Counted from the first letter of the stretch, positions 20,367 to 32,323 are shown. The stretch is 64,000 nt of DNA from an uncultured cyanobacterium (GCA_963706595.1 OY970166.1:1440001-1504000), one strand, 5' to 3'. Notes: generated by a model from the letters alone, not told the origin. Program-made: numbers and translations.

Positions 20367-20440
20367 AGTTCTTTACTCCTCCTATTTTGAAATTCACCTT
20401 TCCTCCTCTGCGCCTCTGCGTCTCTGCGTGAACCTAACTC

Positions 20441-23329
20441 TTATTTCCTCGCTACCGCATACTGCTTTAACACCTGCTGCAAATATTGTCCAGTATAAGA
20501 ACGGGGATTTTTAGCAACTTCCTCTGGTGTCCCCACAGCAATGATTTCTCCCCCTTTATCGCCACCTTCAGGACCCAAATCAATTACCCAATCAGAACAA
20601 CGAATCACATCTAAATTGTGTTCAATCACTAAAATTGAATTACCTTTATCGACTAATCTTTGCAACACATCCAACAATTTATGGACATCATAAAAAGATA
20701 ACCCTGTGGTTGGTTCATCTATTAAATAAAGCGTCTTACCTGTCGCCCGACGAGATAATTCCGTCGCTAATTTTACCCGTTGCGCTTCACCACCAGATAA
20801 GGTAGTTGCTGGTTGTCCCAATTTGACATAACCCAAACCCACATCATATAAAGTTTGTAACCGAGTCACAGCTTTAGGAATGTTTTGGAAGAATTCTAAA
20901 CTTTCCTCAACGGTCATATTCAGAACATCAGAAATAGACTTATCTTTGTATTTCACCTGCAAAGTTTCGCGGTTATATCTCGCACCTTTGCAAACTTCAC
21001 ACTGGACATAAACATCAGGGAGAAAATTCATTTCAATCACATTTACACCCTGTCCGCTACAAGCTTCACAACGTCCACCTTTGACATTGAAAGAAAATTG
21101 TCCAGGTTTATATCCCCTGGCTTTCGCTTCCACTGTTTGGGAAAATACATCCCGAATTGCATCGAAAATACCTGTATAAGTTGCAGGATTAGAACGTGGT
21201 GTACGTCCTATGGGCGATTGGTCAATAACAATGGCTTTATCTACTGCATTTAATCCCTGAATTTCCTGTAAGTGTCTTGGTAAAGGAACTTTCTTGGTTA
21301 AATGATGTTGTAATGAGGGATAAAGTAATTCGTTAATGAGGGTAGATTTCCCAGAACCAGAAACACCAGTTACAGCGACAAGTTTACCTAAAGGAATTTC
21401 GACATCGATATTTCTTAAATTATTGCGATGAGCATTTTTAATTCCTAAGCTGCGCCCGTTTCCTTTTCTCCGTTCCTCTGGTGTAGAAATTACTCTTCTT
21501 CCAGATAAATAAGCACCTGTTAAGGAATCTTCTGCTGCTAGTAAAGTTTCTAAATCACCTTGGGAAACAATATTTCCGCCGTGGATTCCTGCACCGGGTC
21601 CAATATCAACGATATAATTGGCGGCACGGATGGTTTCTTCATCATGCTCAACGACTATTAAAGTATTACCTAAATCGCGTAATTTAGTTAAAGTTTTGAG
21701 TAACCGTCCATTATCTCGTTGATGCAAACCAATACTTGGTTCGTCTAAAACGTAAAGCACTCCAGTTAAACCAGAACCAATTTGCGTTGCTAACCGAATG
21801 CGTTGGGCTTCTCCACCAGAAAGAGTCATGGCGGGACGATCTAAAGTAAGATAATCTAAGCCAACATCTAACAAAAATTGTAGTCTAGCTTTAATTTCTC
21901 TTAAGACTAAATCGGCAATTTGAATTTGGCGATCGCTCAATTCTAACAAATCTATTCTTTCCCGACAATCCCGAATCGAAACTTCAGTTAAATCTTTAAT
22001 TCCATATTGTCCCAATCGTACCGCTAAAGCCTCTGGTTTTAACCGTTTCCCCCCACAAACTTCACAAGGTTGATCAACCAAATATTGCTCTAACTTCTGC
22101 TTAACTAACTCCGTCCCACCTTCATATTGACGTTGCAAAATCGGAATCACACCCTTAAAACTCTGAGTCCTCCGTGCCTCTGCGGTTCGTTCCTCCTTCT
22201 CTCCATACATAACAGTGTGCTGCTGTTCTACTGTTAGCTGATTCCACTTAGCTTGTAACTCAAACCCAGTAGTCTGTCCCACACTATAAAGTAATTCCAA
22301 ATAATAAGAATTATCTTTTTCTGACCAAGGCGCGATCGCCGCGTAAATTGGTGCGTCGGGGTCTGGTACAATCAAATCAGGCGTAAATGTCTTTAAAGTG
22401 CCGATACCGTGACAGTGGGGACAAGCACCATAAGGCGAGTTAAAGGAAAACAGGCGCGGCGATAACTCTTCCATCACCGCCCCGTGAACCGGACAAGCAA
22501 AGTTTTCTGAAAATACTAATTCCTCTTCTGTATCTTCCCCATTCTCAGAAGTCAAGCTGACAAGAATGGTAGCAATCCCACCAGACTGTTTTAAGCACGT
22601 AGACAGAGAATCAACCAAACGCTCTTGAATACCAGCTTTTTTCACCAAGCGGTCAATAACAACTTCGATAGTATGGGTAATATTTTTATCTAATTCAATC
22701 GAGTCTGACAGTTCGCGGACTTCTCCATCCACACGCACCCGCACAAAACCCTGAGAAGCGAGACTTGATATCAGCTTGCGGTGAGTTCCTTTTTTACCTC
22801 TGACAACAGGCGCAAGAATTTGGAATTTAGTTTTGTCTGGTAAATCGGAGATGCGATCGCACATCTCATCGATGGTCTGGGGTGCAATAGAGCGATCGCA
22901 TATCGGACAATGGGGTTCACCAGCGCGACCAAATAACAGTCGCAAATAATCGTAAATTTCCGTCACCGTCCCCACCGTGGAACGAGGATTATGGGAGGTA
23001 GACTTTTGATCGATGGAAATGGCGGGACTTAAGCCTTCAATGGCTTCCACATCCGGTTTATCTAATTGACCTAAAAATTGCCGCGCGTAGGCGCTGAGGG
23101 ACTCTACATAACGCCTTTGACCTTCTGCGAAAATGGTATCAAAGGCTAAAGAAGATTTACCCGAACCAGAAACCCCAGTAAATACAATCAGGCGATCGCG
23201 CGGTAATTCCAAGTCAATATTCTTCAGATTATGCTGCCTAGCACCCCGAATCCGAATGGTATTCTGGCTGTTGTGGTGAGAATGAGGAAGATGTCCATTT
23301 AAGGATGGGGCTAGCTTTTGATCTGACAT
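20441..23329 (-). CDS. uvrA: Excinuclease ABC subunit A
   Basis: GARQHNLKN, two GVSGSGKS Walker A motifs, zinc fingers, LSGGEAQR twice. ATG at 23329; the ORF-track extension upstream is repeat-derived. Confidence 0.98.
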   Translation of the reverse strand: MSDQKLAPSLNGHLPHSHHNSQNTIRIRGARQHNLKNIDLELPRDRLIVFTGVSGSGKSSLAFDTIFAEGQRRYVESLSAYARQFLGQLDKPDVEAIEGLSPAISIDQKSTSHNPRSTVGTVTEIYDYLRLLFGRAGEPHCPICDRSIAPQTIDEMCDRISDLPDKTKFQILAPVVRGKKGTHRKLISSLASQGFVRVRVDGEVRELSDSIELDKNITHTIEVVIDRLVKKAGIQERLVDSLSTCLKQSGGIATILVSLTSENGEDTEEELVFSENFACPVHGAVMEELSPRLFSFNSPYGACPHCHGIGTLKTFTPDLIVPDPDAPIYAAIAPWSEKDNSYYLELLYSVGQTTGFELQAKWNQLTVEQQHTVMYGEKEERTAEARRTQSFKGVIPILQRQYEGGTELVKQKLEQYLVDQPCEVCGGKRLKPEALAVRLGQYGIKDLTEVSIRDCRERIDLLELSDRQIQIADLVLREIKARLQFLLDVGLDYLTLDRPAMTLSGGEAQRIRLATQIGSGLTGVLYVLDEPSIGLHQRDNGRLLKTLTKLRDLGNTLIVVEHDEETIRAANYIVDIGPGAGIHGGNIVSQGDLETLLAAEDSLTGAYLSGRRVISTPEERRKGNGRSLGIKNAHRNNLRNIDVEIPLGKLVAVTGVSGSGKSTLINELLYPSLQHHLTKKVPLPRHLQEIQGLNAVDKAIVIDQSPIGRTPRSNPATYTGIFDAIRDVFSQTVEAKARGYKPGQFSFNVKGGRCEACSGQGVNVIEMNFLPDVYVQCEVCKGARYNRETLQVKYKDKSISDVLNMTVEESLEFFQNIPKAVTRLQTLYDVGLGYVKLGQPATTLSGGEAQRVKLATELSRRATGKTLYLIDEPTTGLSFYDVHKLLDVLQRLVDKGNSILVIEHNLDVIRCSDWVIDLGPEGGDKGGEIIAVGTPEEVAKNPRSYTGQYLQQVLKQYAVARK

Positions 23330-23359
23330 ATCGGCTTGGTGATAGTAAGAGGCGGCTGG

Positions 23360-23468
23360 AATAAGAGGCAGGGGAGCAGGGAGCAGGGGGGGAATTAAGA
23401 GGCAGGGGAGCAGGGTGCAGGGAGCAGGGGGGGAATTAAGAGGCAGGGGAGCAGGGTGCAAGGGGGAG
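23360..23468 (+). repeat. Composite purine-rich tandem repeat (AAGAGGCAGGGGAGCAGGG...) x3
   Basis: Three higher-order units built from GGAGCAG heptamers; similar array at 47290-47370. Confidence 0.85.
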
Positions 23469-23624
23469 TAAGAAATTACTTTAAACTTGCGGTTACTTAA
23501 CAACGATTCCTCTTCTCTCCTGCACCCTACCCCGTTCCTCTTCTCCCCTACCTCTTTTGGTCATTTCCCTCTGCTTCTTCGTTGAAACAATCCTTCATAA
23601 TACTATCTTTACTACGGTTCTAGT

Positions 23625-23638
23625 AGAACAGCCGTACT
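23625..23638 (-). promoter_or_regulatory. Cyanobacterial LexA box upstream of uvrA
   Basis: Minus strand AGTACGGCTGTTCT is an exact match to RGTAC-NNN-DGTWCB. A TAGTAT -10-like hexamer lies about 20 nt downstream. Confidence 0.8.
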
Positions 23639-24218
23639 GCTTTATTGTGGTTGTGATTATACCCCTAAGTATAGAGCAATATCCGCAGGTCAGTTTTCTC
23701 TAGTGCTTTAACTCAGCAGAAAAATAAAATCAGATTTCCCCTGTATAATTTACATCTATCAAAAGTAATACTTATAAATGGAAACCATAGAAAATTTTCC
23801 AAGTATGAGCAGATCATTTCTTATGTTTAATGCAGAAGATTAAATTAAACTTAAAATTAATATTAAAAACCTTTTAATATGATACTAAATTTGTTAGCCT
23901 TTCCTAGAGACAACAGAGGCGGTTAACAATTATTACTTAAATAGAACTCCTGTTTGCTTTTTGTAGGCGTACCCTGCGCTATACCCTGACAAGACTTGGT
24001 ACAAATTTATTCCATCTTCCCTGAGAAGATTACCCTAGACACATAAGTAAATTCACGACATCAAGTCAAATTACTAGAAATTCAGTAATCAATAATTCTG
24101 CCTAATGTTCCCGCAATAACTGGAGAAATTCTTCGTGAGTCAGATGGCCTGTGTAACACAAATACCTAAACTGGCAGACTGAAGAATTTATCAAAATAAT
24201 TTCGCAATGGAGTTGAAT

Positions 24219-26600
24219 ATGACTTTAACAAGTACCCCACAAGCCAAGCCCTTAGCAGATGAAGAACTGCGGAAAATAAACGCTTACTGGCGTGCGGCTA
24301 ACTATCTTTCAGTTGGGCAAATATATCTCTTCGACAATCCCCTACTCAAAGAACCGTTAAGACCGGAACACATTAAACCCCGACTTCTGGGACATTGGGG
24401 AACCACACCAGGGCTGAACTTTATTTATGTTCATCTCAACCGGGTTATTAAAAAGTACGACCTCAACACAATTTACATTGCAGGTCCCGGTCATGGCGGA
24501 CCTGGACTAGTAGCTAATACTTACCTAGAAGGGACTTACAGCGAATACTATCCTAACATTTCCCAGGATGCTGAGGGAATGAAGAAACTATTTAAACAGT
24601 TCTCTTTTCCTGGCGGTATTCCTAGCCACGTAGCACCAGAAACCCCTGGTTCAATTCATGAAGGTGGTGAACTGGGTTATGCTCTTGTTCATGCTTATGG
24701 TGCGGCTTTTGATAACCCAGACTTAATTGTGGCGGCTGTTGTAGGCGATGGTGAAGCAGAAACCGGGGCTTTAGCGACAAGTTGGCATTCCAACAAATTT
24801 CTCAATCCTGTCCATGATGGTGCAGTCCTGCCGATTTTGCACCTGAATGGTTATAAAATTGCTAACCCCACCCTATTAGCAAGATTGAGTTATGAGGAAT
24901 TGGAAAACCTCTTTTTAGGTTATGGTTACAAACCTTATTTTGTCGAAGGTGTTGAACCCGCCGATGTTCACCAGCAAATGGCTGCAACTTTAGATATTGC
25001 GATCGCGGAAATTCAAAGCATCCAGAGAGAAGCCCGTGTACACGGTTTCAGCAAGCGTCCCCAGTGGCCGATGATTATCCTCAGAACCCCCAAAGGTTGG
25101 ACAGGCCCCAAAGAAGTTAACGGCAAAAAAACCGAAGGTTCCTGGCGATCGCATCAAGTCCCATTTGGTAGTGTCACCGCCAACCCAGAAAACCTGAAAT
25201 TACTCGAAGACTGGATGCGGAGTTACAAACCAGAAGAACTCTTCGATGCTAACGGAACACTCATTCCCGAACTAGCAGAACTAGCGCCCCAAGGACATCG
25301 ACGCATGGGCGACAATCCCCACACCAACGGCGGTGCGCTGTTGCGGGATCTAAAAATGCCCGATTTCCCAGACTATGCTGTTGATGTTAGTCACCCAGGT
25401 ACAACTTATGCCGCAGCTACCCAAGTAACGGGAGAGTTCCTGCGGGATGTGATGAAACTCAACGAAGAAAGCAGCAACTTTCGCATCTTTGGACCTGACG
25501 AAACAGCCTCAAATCGCCTCGGTGCTGTTTTAGAAGTTACAGACCGGACTTGGGTAGCCGACATCCTCCCAGAAGATGAACATTTGTCTCCTAACGGTCG
25601 GGTGATGGAAGTCCTGAGTGAAACCAATTGTCAAGGCTGGTTAGAAGGCTATTTACTTACAGGTCGTCACGGATTTTTCTCCTGCTATGAGGCTTTTATC
25701 CACATCATTGACTCAATGTTCAACCAGCACGCCAAATGGTTGAAAACCACCCGTGATATCCCTTGGCGGCGACCCATTGCTTCCCTCAACTACTTACTAA
25801 CTTCACACGTTTGGCGACAAGACCACAACGGTTTCTCTCACCAAGACCCTGGTTTTATCGACCATGTACTCAACAAAAAAGCCGAGATTATTCGCGTATA
25901 TTTACCACCCGATGCGAATACTTTGCTATCAGTCACAGACCATTGTTTGAGAAGTCGCCACTATGTAAACGTCATCGTTGCAGGTAAGCAGCCATCATTA
26001 CAATACTTAGATATGGATGCCGCTATCAAGCACTGCACCAAGGGCTTAAGTATTTGGGAATGGGCTAGTAACGATAAAGGTAGCGAACCAGATGTAGTCA
26101 TGGCTTGTGCTGGGGACGTTCCCACCTTAGAAACCTTAGCCGCCGTGGATATTCTCCGCCAGCACTTCCCCGAATTAAAAGTGCGGGTAGTGAACGTAGT
26201 CAATTTAATGAAACTACAGCCCCAAAGTGAGCATCCCCACGGTTTAAGCAGCAAAGAATTTGATACCATCTTTACCACAGATAAACCGATCATCTTTGCT
26301 TTTCATGGCTATCCCTGGCTAATTCATCGTCTAACTTATCGCCAAACCAACCACAAAAACTTACACGTGCGTGGTTATAAAGAAGAAGGAACTACCACTA
26401 CTCCATTTGATATGGTAGTGCTGAATGATCTTGATCGCTTTCATCTAGTAATGGACGTAATTGACCGCGTACCACAACTAGGTTCTAGAGCTGCTTATGT
26501 CAAGCAGATGTTAGAAGATAAGCTGATTGAACACAAGCATTACATTCAGAAATACGGTGATGATATGCCGGACATTCGCGATTGGAAATGGCCTTATTAA
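24219..26600 (+). CDS. xfp: Phosphoketolase (XFP family)
   Basis: [24 protein letters not shown] motif, [12 protein letters not shown] at 24219 follows GGAG; 24207 is an alternative start. Confidence 0.96.
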   Translation: MTLTSTPQAKPLADEELRKINAYWRAANYLSVGQIYLFDNPLLKEPLRPEHIKPRLLGHWGTTPGLNFIYVHLNRVIKKYDLNTIYIAGPGHGGPGLVANTYLEGTYSEYYPNISQDAEGMKKLFKQFSFPGGIPSHVAPETPGSIHEGGELGYALVHAYGAAFDNPDLIVAAVVGDGEAETGALATSWHSNKFLNPVHDGAVLPILHLNGYKIANPTLLARLSYEELENLFLGYGYKPYFVEGVEPADVHQQMAATLDIAIAEIQSIQREARVHGFSKRPQWPMIILRTPKGWTGPKEVNGKKTEGSWRSHQVPFGSVTANPENLKLLEDWMRSYKPEELFDANGTLIPELAELAPQGHRRMGDNPHTNGGALLRDLKMPDFPDYAVDVSHPGTTYAAATQVTGEFLRDVMKLNEESSNFRIFGPDETASNRLGAVLEVTDRTWVADILPEDEHLSPNGRVMEVLSETNCQGWLEGYLLTGRHGFFSCYEAFIHIIDSMFNQHAKWLKTTRDIPWRRPIASLNYLLTSHVWRQDHNGFSHQDPGFIDHVLNKKAEIIRVYLPPDANTLLSVTDHCLRSRHYVNVIVAGKQPSLQYLDMDAAIKHCTKGLSIWEWASNDKGSEPDVVMACAGDVPTLETLAAVDILRQHFPELKVRVVNVVNLMKLQPQSEHPHGLSSKEFDTIFTTDKPIIFAFHGYPWLIHRLTYRQTNHKNLHVRGYKEEGTTTTPFDMVVLNDLDRFHLVMDVIDRVPQLGSRAAYVKQMLEDKLIEHKHYIQKYGDDMPDIRDWKWPY

Positions 26601-26654
26601 TGGTTGACATTAAACCATTTTTAGGATTTCATTAATTTTTTGACTTAGCGAATC

Positions 26655-26687
26655 AGATCCCCGACTTCTTCAAGAAGTCGGGGATCT
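26655..26687. repeat. Perfect 16-bp inverted repeat (REP-like, possible terminator)
   Basis: AGATCCCCGACTTCTT-C-AAGAAGTCGGGGATCT; degenerate second copy at about 51994-52025. Confidence 0.85.
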
Positions 26688-26730
26688 TTGTGTTTGTGAA
26701 TCATTTTTTTGGTTGTTGTTATTGCTGAAC

Positions 26731-26886
26731 TAATACTGTTCGGTTAACGATATTTGCACATTGGAGATCCCCCTAAATCCCCCTTAACAAGGGGGACTTT
26801 GAGGACTTTAGCCCTGCTTTTCAAGGGGGGTTGGGGGGATTGCCTACGGCACGCTACGCGAACAAAACCTTAACCGAAAAGTATTG
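26731..26886. mobile_element. 156-bp MITE with ~17-bp TIRs and a degenerate 10-bp target duplication
   Basis: AATACTGTTCGGTTAA ... TTAACCGAAAAGTATT (1 mismatch). Flanks ATTGCTGAAC / AGTCCTGAAC (8/10 identical). Internal hairpins. Confidence 0.75.
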
Positions 26887-26972
26887 AGTCCTGAACCAAA
26901 CCACGCTGTTGTCTTGTATAATGACTTACACAAAATAATAATTTTTTTTTAATTATATTAAGGTTTGCCTAT

Positions 26973-28109
26973 ATGGGATTTGCTGAAGATATTACTAAAT
27001 TATCTAAACAAGTACGTAAGCGAATAGACAATGTTTTTGGTGAAGAAGCCACTAAGATGGCGCTAATTGTCCCTTTTTTAAGCGCCCTTGGTTATGATAT
27101 TCATGATCCTAGTGAAGTGATACCAGAATATATTGCAGATTTTGCTATAAAAAAAGCAGGACAGTTTGAAAAGGTAGATTATGCTTTAGCTATAAATGGT
27201 TCTATTGTCATGTTAGTAGAAGCTAAAGCCTATGGTGAAAAAGCTGAGGCACATGATGGGCAGTTAAGTCGTTATTTCAATGGTCTTTTAACAACAAAGA
27301 TTGCTATTGTTACTAACGGAATCGATTATCGGTTCTTTACAGATTTACGTCATAAAAATGTCATGGATAAGGAGCCATTTTTCATTTTTAATATTCTTGA
27401 ATATCAGACTAAAGATATTGAGAATATCCAGTTTTTTCACCGCAATATCTTTGATATTGAAGCTATTAGTCATCATGCTGAAGAAATGATCTATGTAAAA
27501 GCTATCACTCAACTGATTGGGAATGTTTTACGTTCTCCCTCGGAAGGATTTGTGCGTTTTTTAGTGAGTGAACTTGGTACAGTAGCTCCTGGTTATGAAA
27601 TTCCCGGTCGAATTACTGCTAAGGTGATTGAAAAATTCCAACCTATTATTAAAAAATCTATTCAATTTGGTGTATTAGAATTGATGACAAGTTCCCTCAA
27701 TCAAGAAATGGCACAGTCCGTTAAATCTATTAATGTTTATCAGTCTGATGAACCAAATATTGAAGCAGAAGAATTAGCAGCTTTTGAAAAAATCCAAACA
27801 ATTATTCAAAAATCTAGAAGCTATAAATTGCAAATTCAATATAAAAATACAGTAAATTATTTCGGCATTAACTTGGGGAAAGTCAAATGGTGGTTTTTAC
27901 GACTGTATTTAACTCCAACAAAGAAGGCTTTTATTGCCCGACTCAGTATAAATGAGGTGAAAAATTTAGCGTCAAGTTTCCTAGTTCAAGAAGTCACAGC
28001 ACCTACAGGGGAAGCATGGTCAAAGATAACAATTTCTTCCGTTGATGATTTAGATAGGCTAAGAATGGTTCTGATTAGGTCTTATGAACTAGAAGCTGCT
28101 AAACATTAA
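26973..28109 (+). CDS. Stand-alone HsdR-N-like PD-(D/E)XK endonuclease domain protein
   Basis: EEATK, LGYD, EKVDYA...[21 protein letters not shown]. No helicase motifs. Confidence 0.8.
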   Translation: MGFAEDITKLSKQVRKRIDNVFGEEATKMALIVPFLSALGYDIHDPSEVIPEYIADFAIKKAGQFEKVDYALAINGSIVMLVEAKAYGEKAEAHDGQLSRYFNGLLTTKIAIVTNGIDYRFFTDLRHKNVMDKEPFFIFNILEYQTKDIENIQFFHRNIFDIEAISHHAEEMIYVKAITQLIGNVLRSPSEGFVRFLVSELGTVAPGYEIPGRITAKVIEKFQPIIKKSIQFGVLELMTSSLNQEMAQSVKSINVYQSDEPNIEAEELAAFEKIQTIIQKSRSYKLQIQYKNTVNYFGINLGKVKWWFLRLYLTPTKKAFIARLSINEVKNLASSFLVQEVTAPTGEAWSKITISSVDDLDRLRMVLIRSYELEAAKH

Positions 28110-29308
28110 TTTACAAAGTTAGACGGGTCTTGATCTCGTCGATGCTGAATGGGAATGGGGGCTGGCTGTCCATTACCTGCAAGGGCTGCGGTTTTCTCCA
28201 GAGATTCCCTCAATCGCTTGGCTGCGTAGATGGACATATCTCGTGGTACATTAATGCGATCGCGCAAATATCGTAAAGCCACATCAGACCCCGATGGAGG
28301 TACACAGTCTTCACCAGTCATCATCTGAGTTAAAGCACAACGTAACGCTTGCTCAAACAAATTATCATCTAAGGGGTTAACTCGGATAATATTGATGCGA
28401 TGTTTGATAGTTCTTTGCAGAGCTTCCATGCGGGAGTTTTCGGGTTCTGGATAAGAAACATCTGGTAGTCCAAACCAAGGACCATTATCCACCCGCGCTT
28501 TATTGAGAAGCATCTGGGGTTCGCCGTTTTCCCAACAGCCCCCCATCTGGGGCGGTAAATCATGTGCGTGGGTGTGAAAGTCGCTCTGAGTACCGCAGTA
28601 AGTAGGTCGGCTTTCCATCGCCGCAAACCATGCGTTTAACCGAGGGTTTTCCTCTCGCAGCGAGTAGCCCTTGTAGTAGTAAAGACTCGCATTCATCCGT
28701 TCCAGATATGGCGTAAAAATCACATCAACAATACCGAAGCTATCGAGAAAGTAAGGGCTTGGGGTGCTACCCAGAGCCTCCTCGACCTTAGCCACCACTG
28801 CGATAAATTGTTCTCGGTTGCGTTGTTCTTGTTGAGAGGAAGCGGCTTTAGAACACAGCCAAACGCACCAAGCTCTAAATAAAAGTCGTTCTAATTGACG
28901 TAGAGGCAGCACCTTGCGGTCTTCCATCCCTTGGCTCAATGGAGCAAAAACCTGTTCCAAAGCGAGCAAAATATCATCGCTTTCCTTAATAATCCGTCCA
29001 TCTAGCTCAATCGCAGGGAGCATTCCTGATGGAACCTTACGTTTGTACCAACTTTCTTTTTCCCCGTAGCAGAACATTGTCACTTTTTCGATGCGATAGG
29101 GGATCTGTTTTTCCTCTAGCCATAACCAAACTTTTTGACAGTAAGGACACCAGGCGTGGTTATCGCGGTACAGCGTTACCCGCACATTAGATTCGGGCTG
29201 ACCAAACAAGCGTAACCTGGCTCTAGCATTGGTGAGACCATTAACAGTATCTATTTGATAGTCCGTGAGGGTTTCTAGTTCTTGCCAGCTTAAGGGTGCG
29301 GTAGTCAT
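28106..29308 (-). CDS. Glutathione S-transferase family protein
   Basis: WCPYCQK active site, [19 protein letters not shown] at 29308 preferred. Confidence 0.9.
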   Translation of the reverse strand: MTTAPLSWQELETLTDYQIDTVNGLTNARARLRLFGQPESNVRVTLYRDNHAWCPYCQKVWLWLEEKQIPYRIEKVTMFCYGEKESWYKRKVPSGMLPAIELDGRIIKESDDILLALEQVFAPLSQGMEDRKVLPLRQLERLLFRAWCVWLCSKAASSQQEQRNREQFIAVVAKVEEALGSTPSPYFLDSFGIVDVIFTPYLERMNASLYYYKGYSLREENPRLNAWFAAMESRPTYCGTQSDFHTHAHDLPPQMGGCWENGEPQMLLNKARVDNGPWFGLPDVSYPEPENSRMEALQRTIKHRINIIRVNPLDDNLFEQALRCALTQMMTGEDCVPPSGSDVALRYLRDRINVPRDMSIYAAKRLRESLEKTAALAGNGQPAPIPIQHRRDQDPSNFVN

Positions 29309-29365
29309 AGGGGGAGTTGAGTAGGTCAATACTTAGGACTTTTCTTGACTTTACAATTTTTCCGA

Positions 29366-29890
29366 CTACCTGCCAACATATTTACTAAACAATTGAATAG
29401 CGTCGGCAACATTCACATCTCCATCGCCGTTGGCATCCAAGAAAGAATTCAATACAGAATTTCCACTAGTTTGGGAATTTTGGGTATTAGCACCAGATTG
29501 CAATAAATTTAATACTATAGGCACAATCACAGGTAACAATTGCATAATTGTACCAGTATCTAATCCTGTATGTTGAGAAGCTATCTGTGCTACCTGCTGT
29601 TGGATTTGAGGGGAAAACAGGGAACTGACGGCTTGAGGGTTAGAAGAAGTACCAGCATATTGATTAACTAATGCTTGGGTTGCTTCATTACCTTCTGAGG
29701 CTTGCTTCTGTTGTAAAGCAGAACGTACATAATTACCTACTACACCAACGACAGATTGTATCGTTGAAGGATTTGTACCAGTGGCATTACTCAGCTGATT
29801 AACAGTGTTAATAATACTGCCGAGTTGACCTAAACTAGCTTGTTGATTGGGATTGCTCACAGCACCGATAATTTGATCAAACAGACCCAT
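29366..29890 (-). CDS. DUF937-family protein
   Basis: MGLFDQIIGAV start; C-terminal LDANGDGDVNVAD EF-hand-like motif. Confidence 0.75.
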   Translation of the reverse strand: MGLFDQIIGAVSNPNQQASLGQLGSIINTVNQLSNATGTNPSTIQSVVGVVGNYVRSALQQKQASEGNEATQALVNQYAGTSSNPQAVSSLFSPQIQQQVAQIASQHTGLDTGTIMQLLPVIVPIVLNLLQSGANTQNSQTSGNSVLNSFLDANGDGDVNVADAIQLFSKYVGR

Positions 29891-29955
29891 AATCATCTTT
29901 CTCCTGATGTTCTCATTCCTTGACTGTAGAACATCTGTTGTTATTATTAAACAAT

Positions 29956-30061
29956 TATAGCGGTATGCACTTCAATGAAGTACATCATAGCCCCCTCCTC
30001 GCTTGCGGGGAGGGGGTTGGGGGTGGGGTTCTTGTATCTCACTTAACTGATAACCGCTATA
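29956..30061. mobile_element. ~106-bp MITE/REP-like element with TATAGCGGT...ACCGCTATA ends
   Basis: Perfect terminal inverted repeats, inner GAAGTACA/TGTATCTC pair, central CCCCCTCCTCGC-TT-GCGGGGAGGGGG hairpin. Confidence 0.7.
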
Positions 30062-30106
30062 ACTCCGGAAAACCAGACACTTAAGGATGAAAAATCTGGT
30101 AAACAA

Positions 30107-31711
30107 TCATCTCTTCAAAAATTTCTGCCGCATCCGCACCACAAAAGTATTCACCTCTGGTATTTTCAAGAATGAAACAATGATGGCAAATACAGAAATC
30201 CCTACAAAGCCTGATACACACAACTGCAACAGTTGAATGATTAATCCCTGCGTACCTAACAATTGCTGCAAACTGACCAAAGTCCCAAAACTAGCTAACC
30301 CAGCGACAACACTACCCCCAGTCAAACCCAAAATTGGCAAACTCCACTCACGCCAAGGTAAACCATTGAGTTTGCGGTCAAGTAACCATAACAGCATTAA
30401 TATCGAACTGCAATTTACGCCTACTGTTGCTAACACAATACCAGTCGCGCCAAAAGGTTTCACTAAAATCGCATCTAGTCCAGCGTTGAGGAAAATGTTA
30501 AAAATACTAATGCGAAAAGGTGTCTGTCCATCGCCCAAGGCGTAAAACACCCGGACTAAAACATCACGCCCCAAATAAACAAACATCCCAATACCGTAAG
30601 CAATCAGCAGGGATGAAACCAACTGTGTAGCTTCTTGTTTGAAAGCACCCCGTTCATATACTATCTGCACAATTGGCACAGATAACACAATCATCAGCGC
30701 CCCTAAAGGTAGCATAGTCACGGCGGTGAGTAAAATTCCTTGGCGAATGCGTAGTTTTAAGTCTGGCCAATGTTCTGGATCAGCTAGTTTTGCAAACATT
30801 GGTAACAGAGGTAGCAGAATAATATTAGAAATAATGCCCAAAGGAGTCTGCACGAGGAGATTGGCATAGTTAAAACCAGCCGCCGCACCGGGAATCGGAC
30901 TAGCAAAATATAGGTCAGTGGCGACATTAATGGGCATCATCCCGGAGGAAATTGTTGCTGGTGTCATGATTCTAATGACTTCTTGCACCCCAGGGGATTT
31001 AAAATCAAACCGCAGGCGTAATGTACCCAGTCCTAAGCGCCACTGCACAATTAGCTGTACCACCCACTGGAGAATCGCCCCGGCTAGGGTTCCCCAGGCT
31101 AAGACCATACCACCAATGAGGGCGTATTCTGGTTTAATAATATCTTTACCTAGTTGCCCAGTTAAGATGGCAATGCCGGCAATGACAGTAATACTGGATA
31201 ATAAGGGACTGATTGAAAGTAACCAATATTGATTGGCGGCGTTGAGAGTGCCGAAACCAATGCCAATTAAACCCGCAAATAAAGCCATTGGGGCCATGAT
31301 GCGGATCTGTTGAATGGCGATCGCTCTTGTTGTAGGTTCTAAGCCATAACCAACAATATCAATAATTGTATCAGCAAAGAAAATCTGAGCCACCGTCACC
31401 AGCAACAGTAATCCACCCACCAGAGTTGTGACTGTTTCTACCAGTGGTGCGCCTTCTTCCCGTTTGCGCTTGGCTAAGACACTGACAACCGCACTGTGTA
31501 ATGGTCCATTGACACCACCCAGTAGAATTAACAGAAAACCAGGGATAATGTAAGCATAACTATAAGCTGTAGCCGCCGCACCCACACCAAAAGCAGCTGC
31601 GATCGCCTGCTGTCGCACCAAACCAAATACTTTACTAATTAATGTAGCCGCCGCTACAATGCCAGCAATTCCCGCAAAAGAACGAGAAGGTTTCGGATCT
31701 TCTTTTGTCAC
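30107..31711 (-). CDS. murJ: Lipid II flippase MurJ/MviN
   Basis: SKVFGLVRQQ, YERGAF and RVFYALGDG motifs; many TM segments. Confidence 0.95.
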   Translation of the reverse strand: MTKEDPKPSRSFAGIAGIVAAATLISKVFGLVRQQAIAAAFGVGAAATAYSYAYIIPGFLLILLGGVNGPLHSAVVSVLAKRKREEGAPLVETVTTLVGGLLLLVTVAQIFFADTIIDIVGYGLEPTTRAIAIQQIRIMAPMALFAGLIGIGFGTLNAANQYWLLSISPLLSSITVIAGIAILTGQLGKDIIKPEYALIGGMVLAWGTLAGAILQWVVQLIVQWRLGLGTLRLRFDFKSPGVQEVIRIMTPATISSGMMPINVATDLYFASPIPGAAAGFNYANLLVQTPLGIISNIILLPLLPMFAKLADPEHWPDLKLRIRQGILLTAVTMLPLGALMIVLSVPIVQIVYERGAFKQEATQLVSSLLIAYGIGMFVYLGRDVLVRVFYALGDGQTPFRISIFNIFLNAGLDAILVKPFGATGIVLATVGVNCSSILMLLWLLDRKLNGLPWREWSLPILGLTGGSVVAGLASFGTLVSLQQLLGTQGLIIQLLQLCVSGFVGISVFAIIVSFLKIPEVNTFVVRMRQKFLKR

Positions 31712-31748
31712 TAATTTTAACTAATTCGTAATTCGTAATTATATTATT

Positions 31749-31815
31749 TCCTACTCCCTACTCCCCACTCCCTACTCCCCATTCCCTACTCCCCACTCCC
31801 TACTCCCCACTCCCC
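31749..31815 (+). repeat. STRR heptamer array (CCC(C/T)ACT)n
   Basis: About 9 tandem copies. Confidence 0.9.
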
Positions 31816-31816
31816 A

Positions 31817-32323
31817 TTACCTACATCCCAAACTATCCCGTGTCGCTACCCCTGTAACTGGATTTACGCCCTCAGCGCGATCGCACATTAAAGAAACTTG
31901 ATACCGATCTATCAAAGCATCAGTAAAATCCGCCCCAGTAATATCCGCATCAAAAAACCGACTCCGGGTCATAGTCGCTTCGGTGAAAATAGCATTTTTT
32001 AAATTTGCCCCATCCATCGTTACACGGTCAACTAAAGCGCCTTCAAGATTGGCATTTTCCAAATTAGCATTGAGTAAAACACCCTTAGTCAGAATCGCAT
32101 TTTTTAAATTTGCACCTTGAAAATTTGCCCCCCGCATTTCCGCCGCCACAAAAGTGCCACCAGCTAAATCGGTGTTAGAAAAATCACGATTTTGGAGACT
32201 AGCATTGCTGTAATTAATGGTGTTGATTTGAGCAAAAGCCGGTTGAGGATTGATCAACACCCATAACCAAGCCAACACGAAAATCACACACAAACTTAAT
32301 AATCGCAGTAAAAACTTTTTCAT
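31817..32323 (-). CDS. Secreted/lumenal pentapeptide repeat protein
   Basis: Signal peptide ending in AFA; A(N/D)L repeats; C-terminal TRDSLGC. Confidence 0.93.
   Translation of the reverse strand: MKKFLLRLLSLCVIFVLAWLWVLINPQPAFAQINTINYSNASLQNRDFSNTDLAGGTFVAAEMRGANFQGANLKNAILTKGVLLNANLENANLEGALVDRVTMDGANLKNAIFTEATMTRSRFFDADITGADFTDALIDRYQVSLMCDRAEGVNPVTGVATRDSLGCR

Noticed and set aside
23360..23468. Possible CRISPR array (three recurring units, also 47290-47370)
   Set aside because: No unique spacers, units are made of heptamers, and there are no cas genes in the window.
23330..23503. N-terminal extension of uvrA in the ORF track
   Set aside because: It is the translation of tandem repeats (PAPLPL...); ATG 23329 gives a normal N-terminus.
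24153..24165. Possible NtcA site upstream of xfp
   Set aside because: Spacing is GTA-N7-TAC rather than N8.
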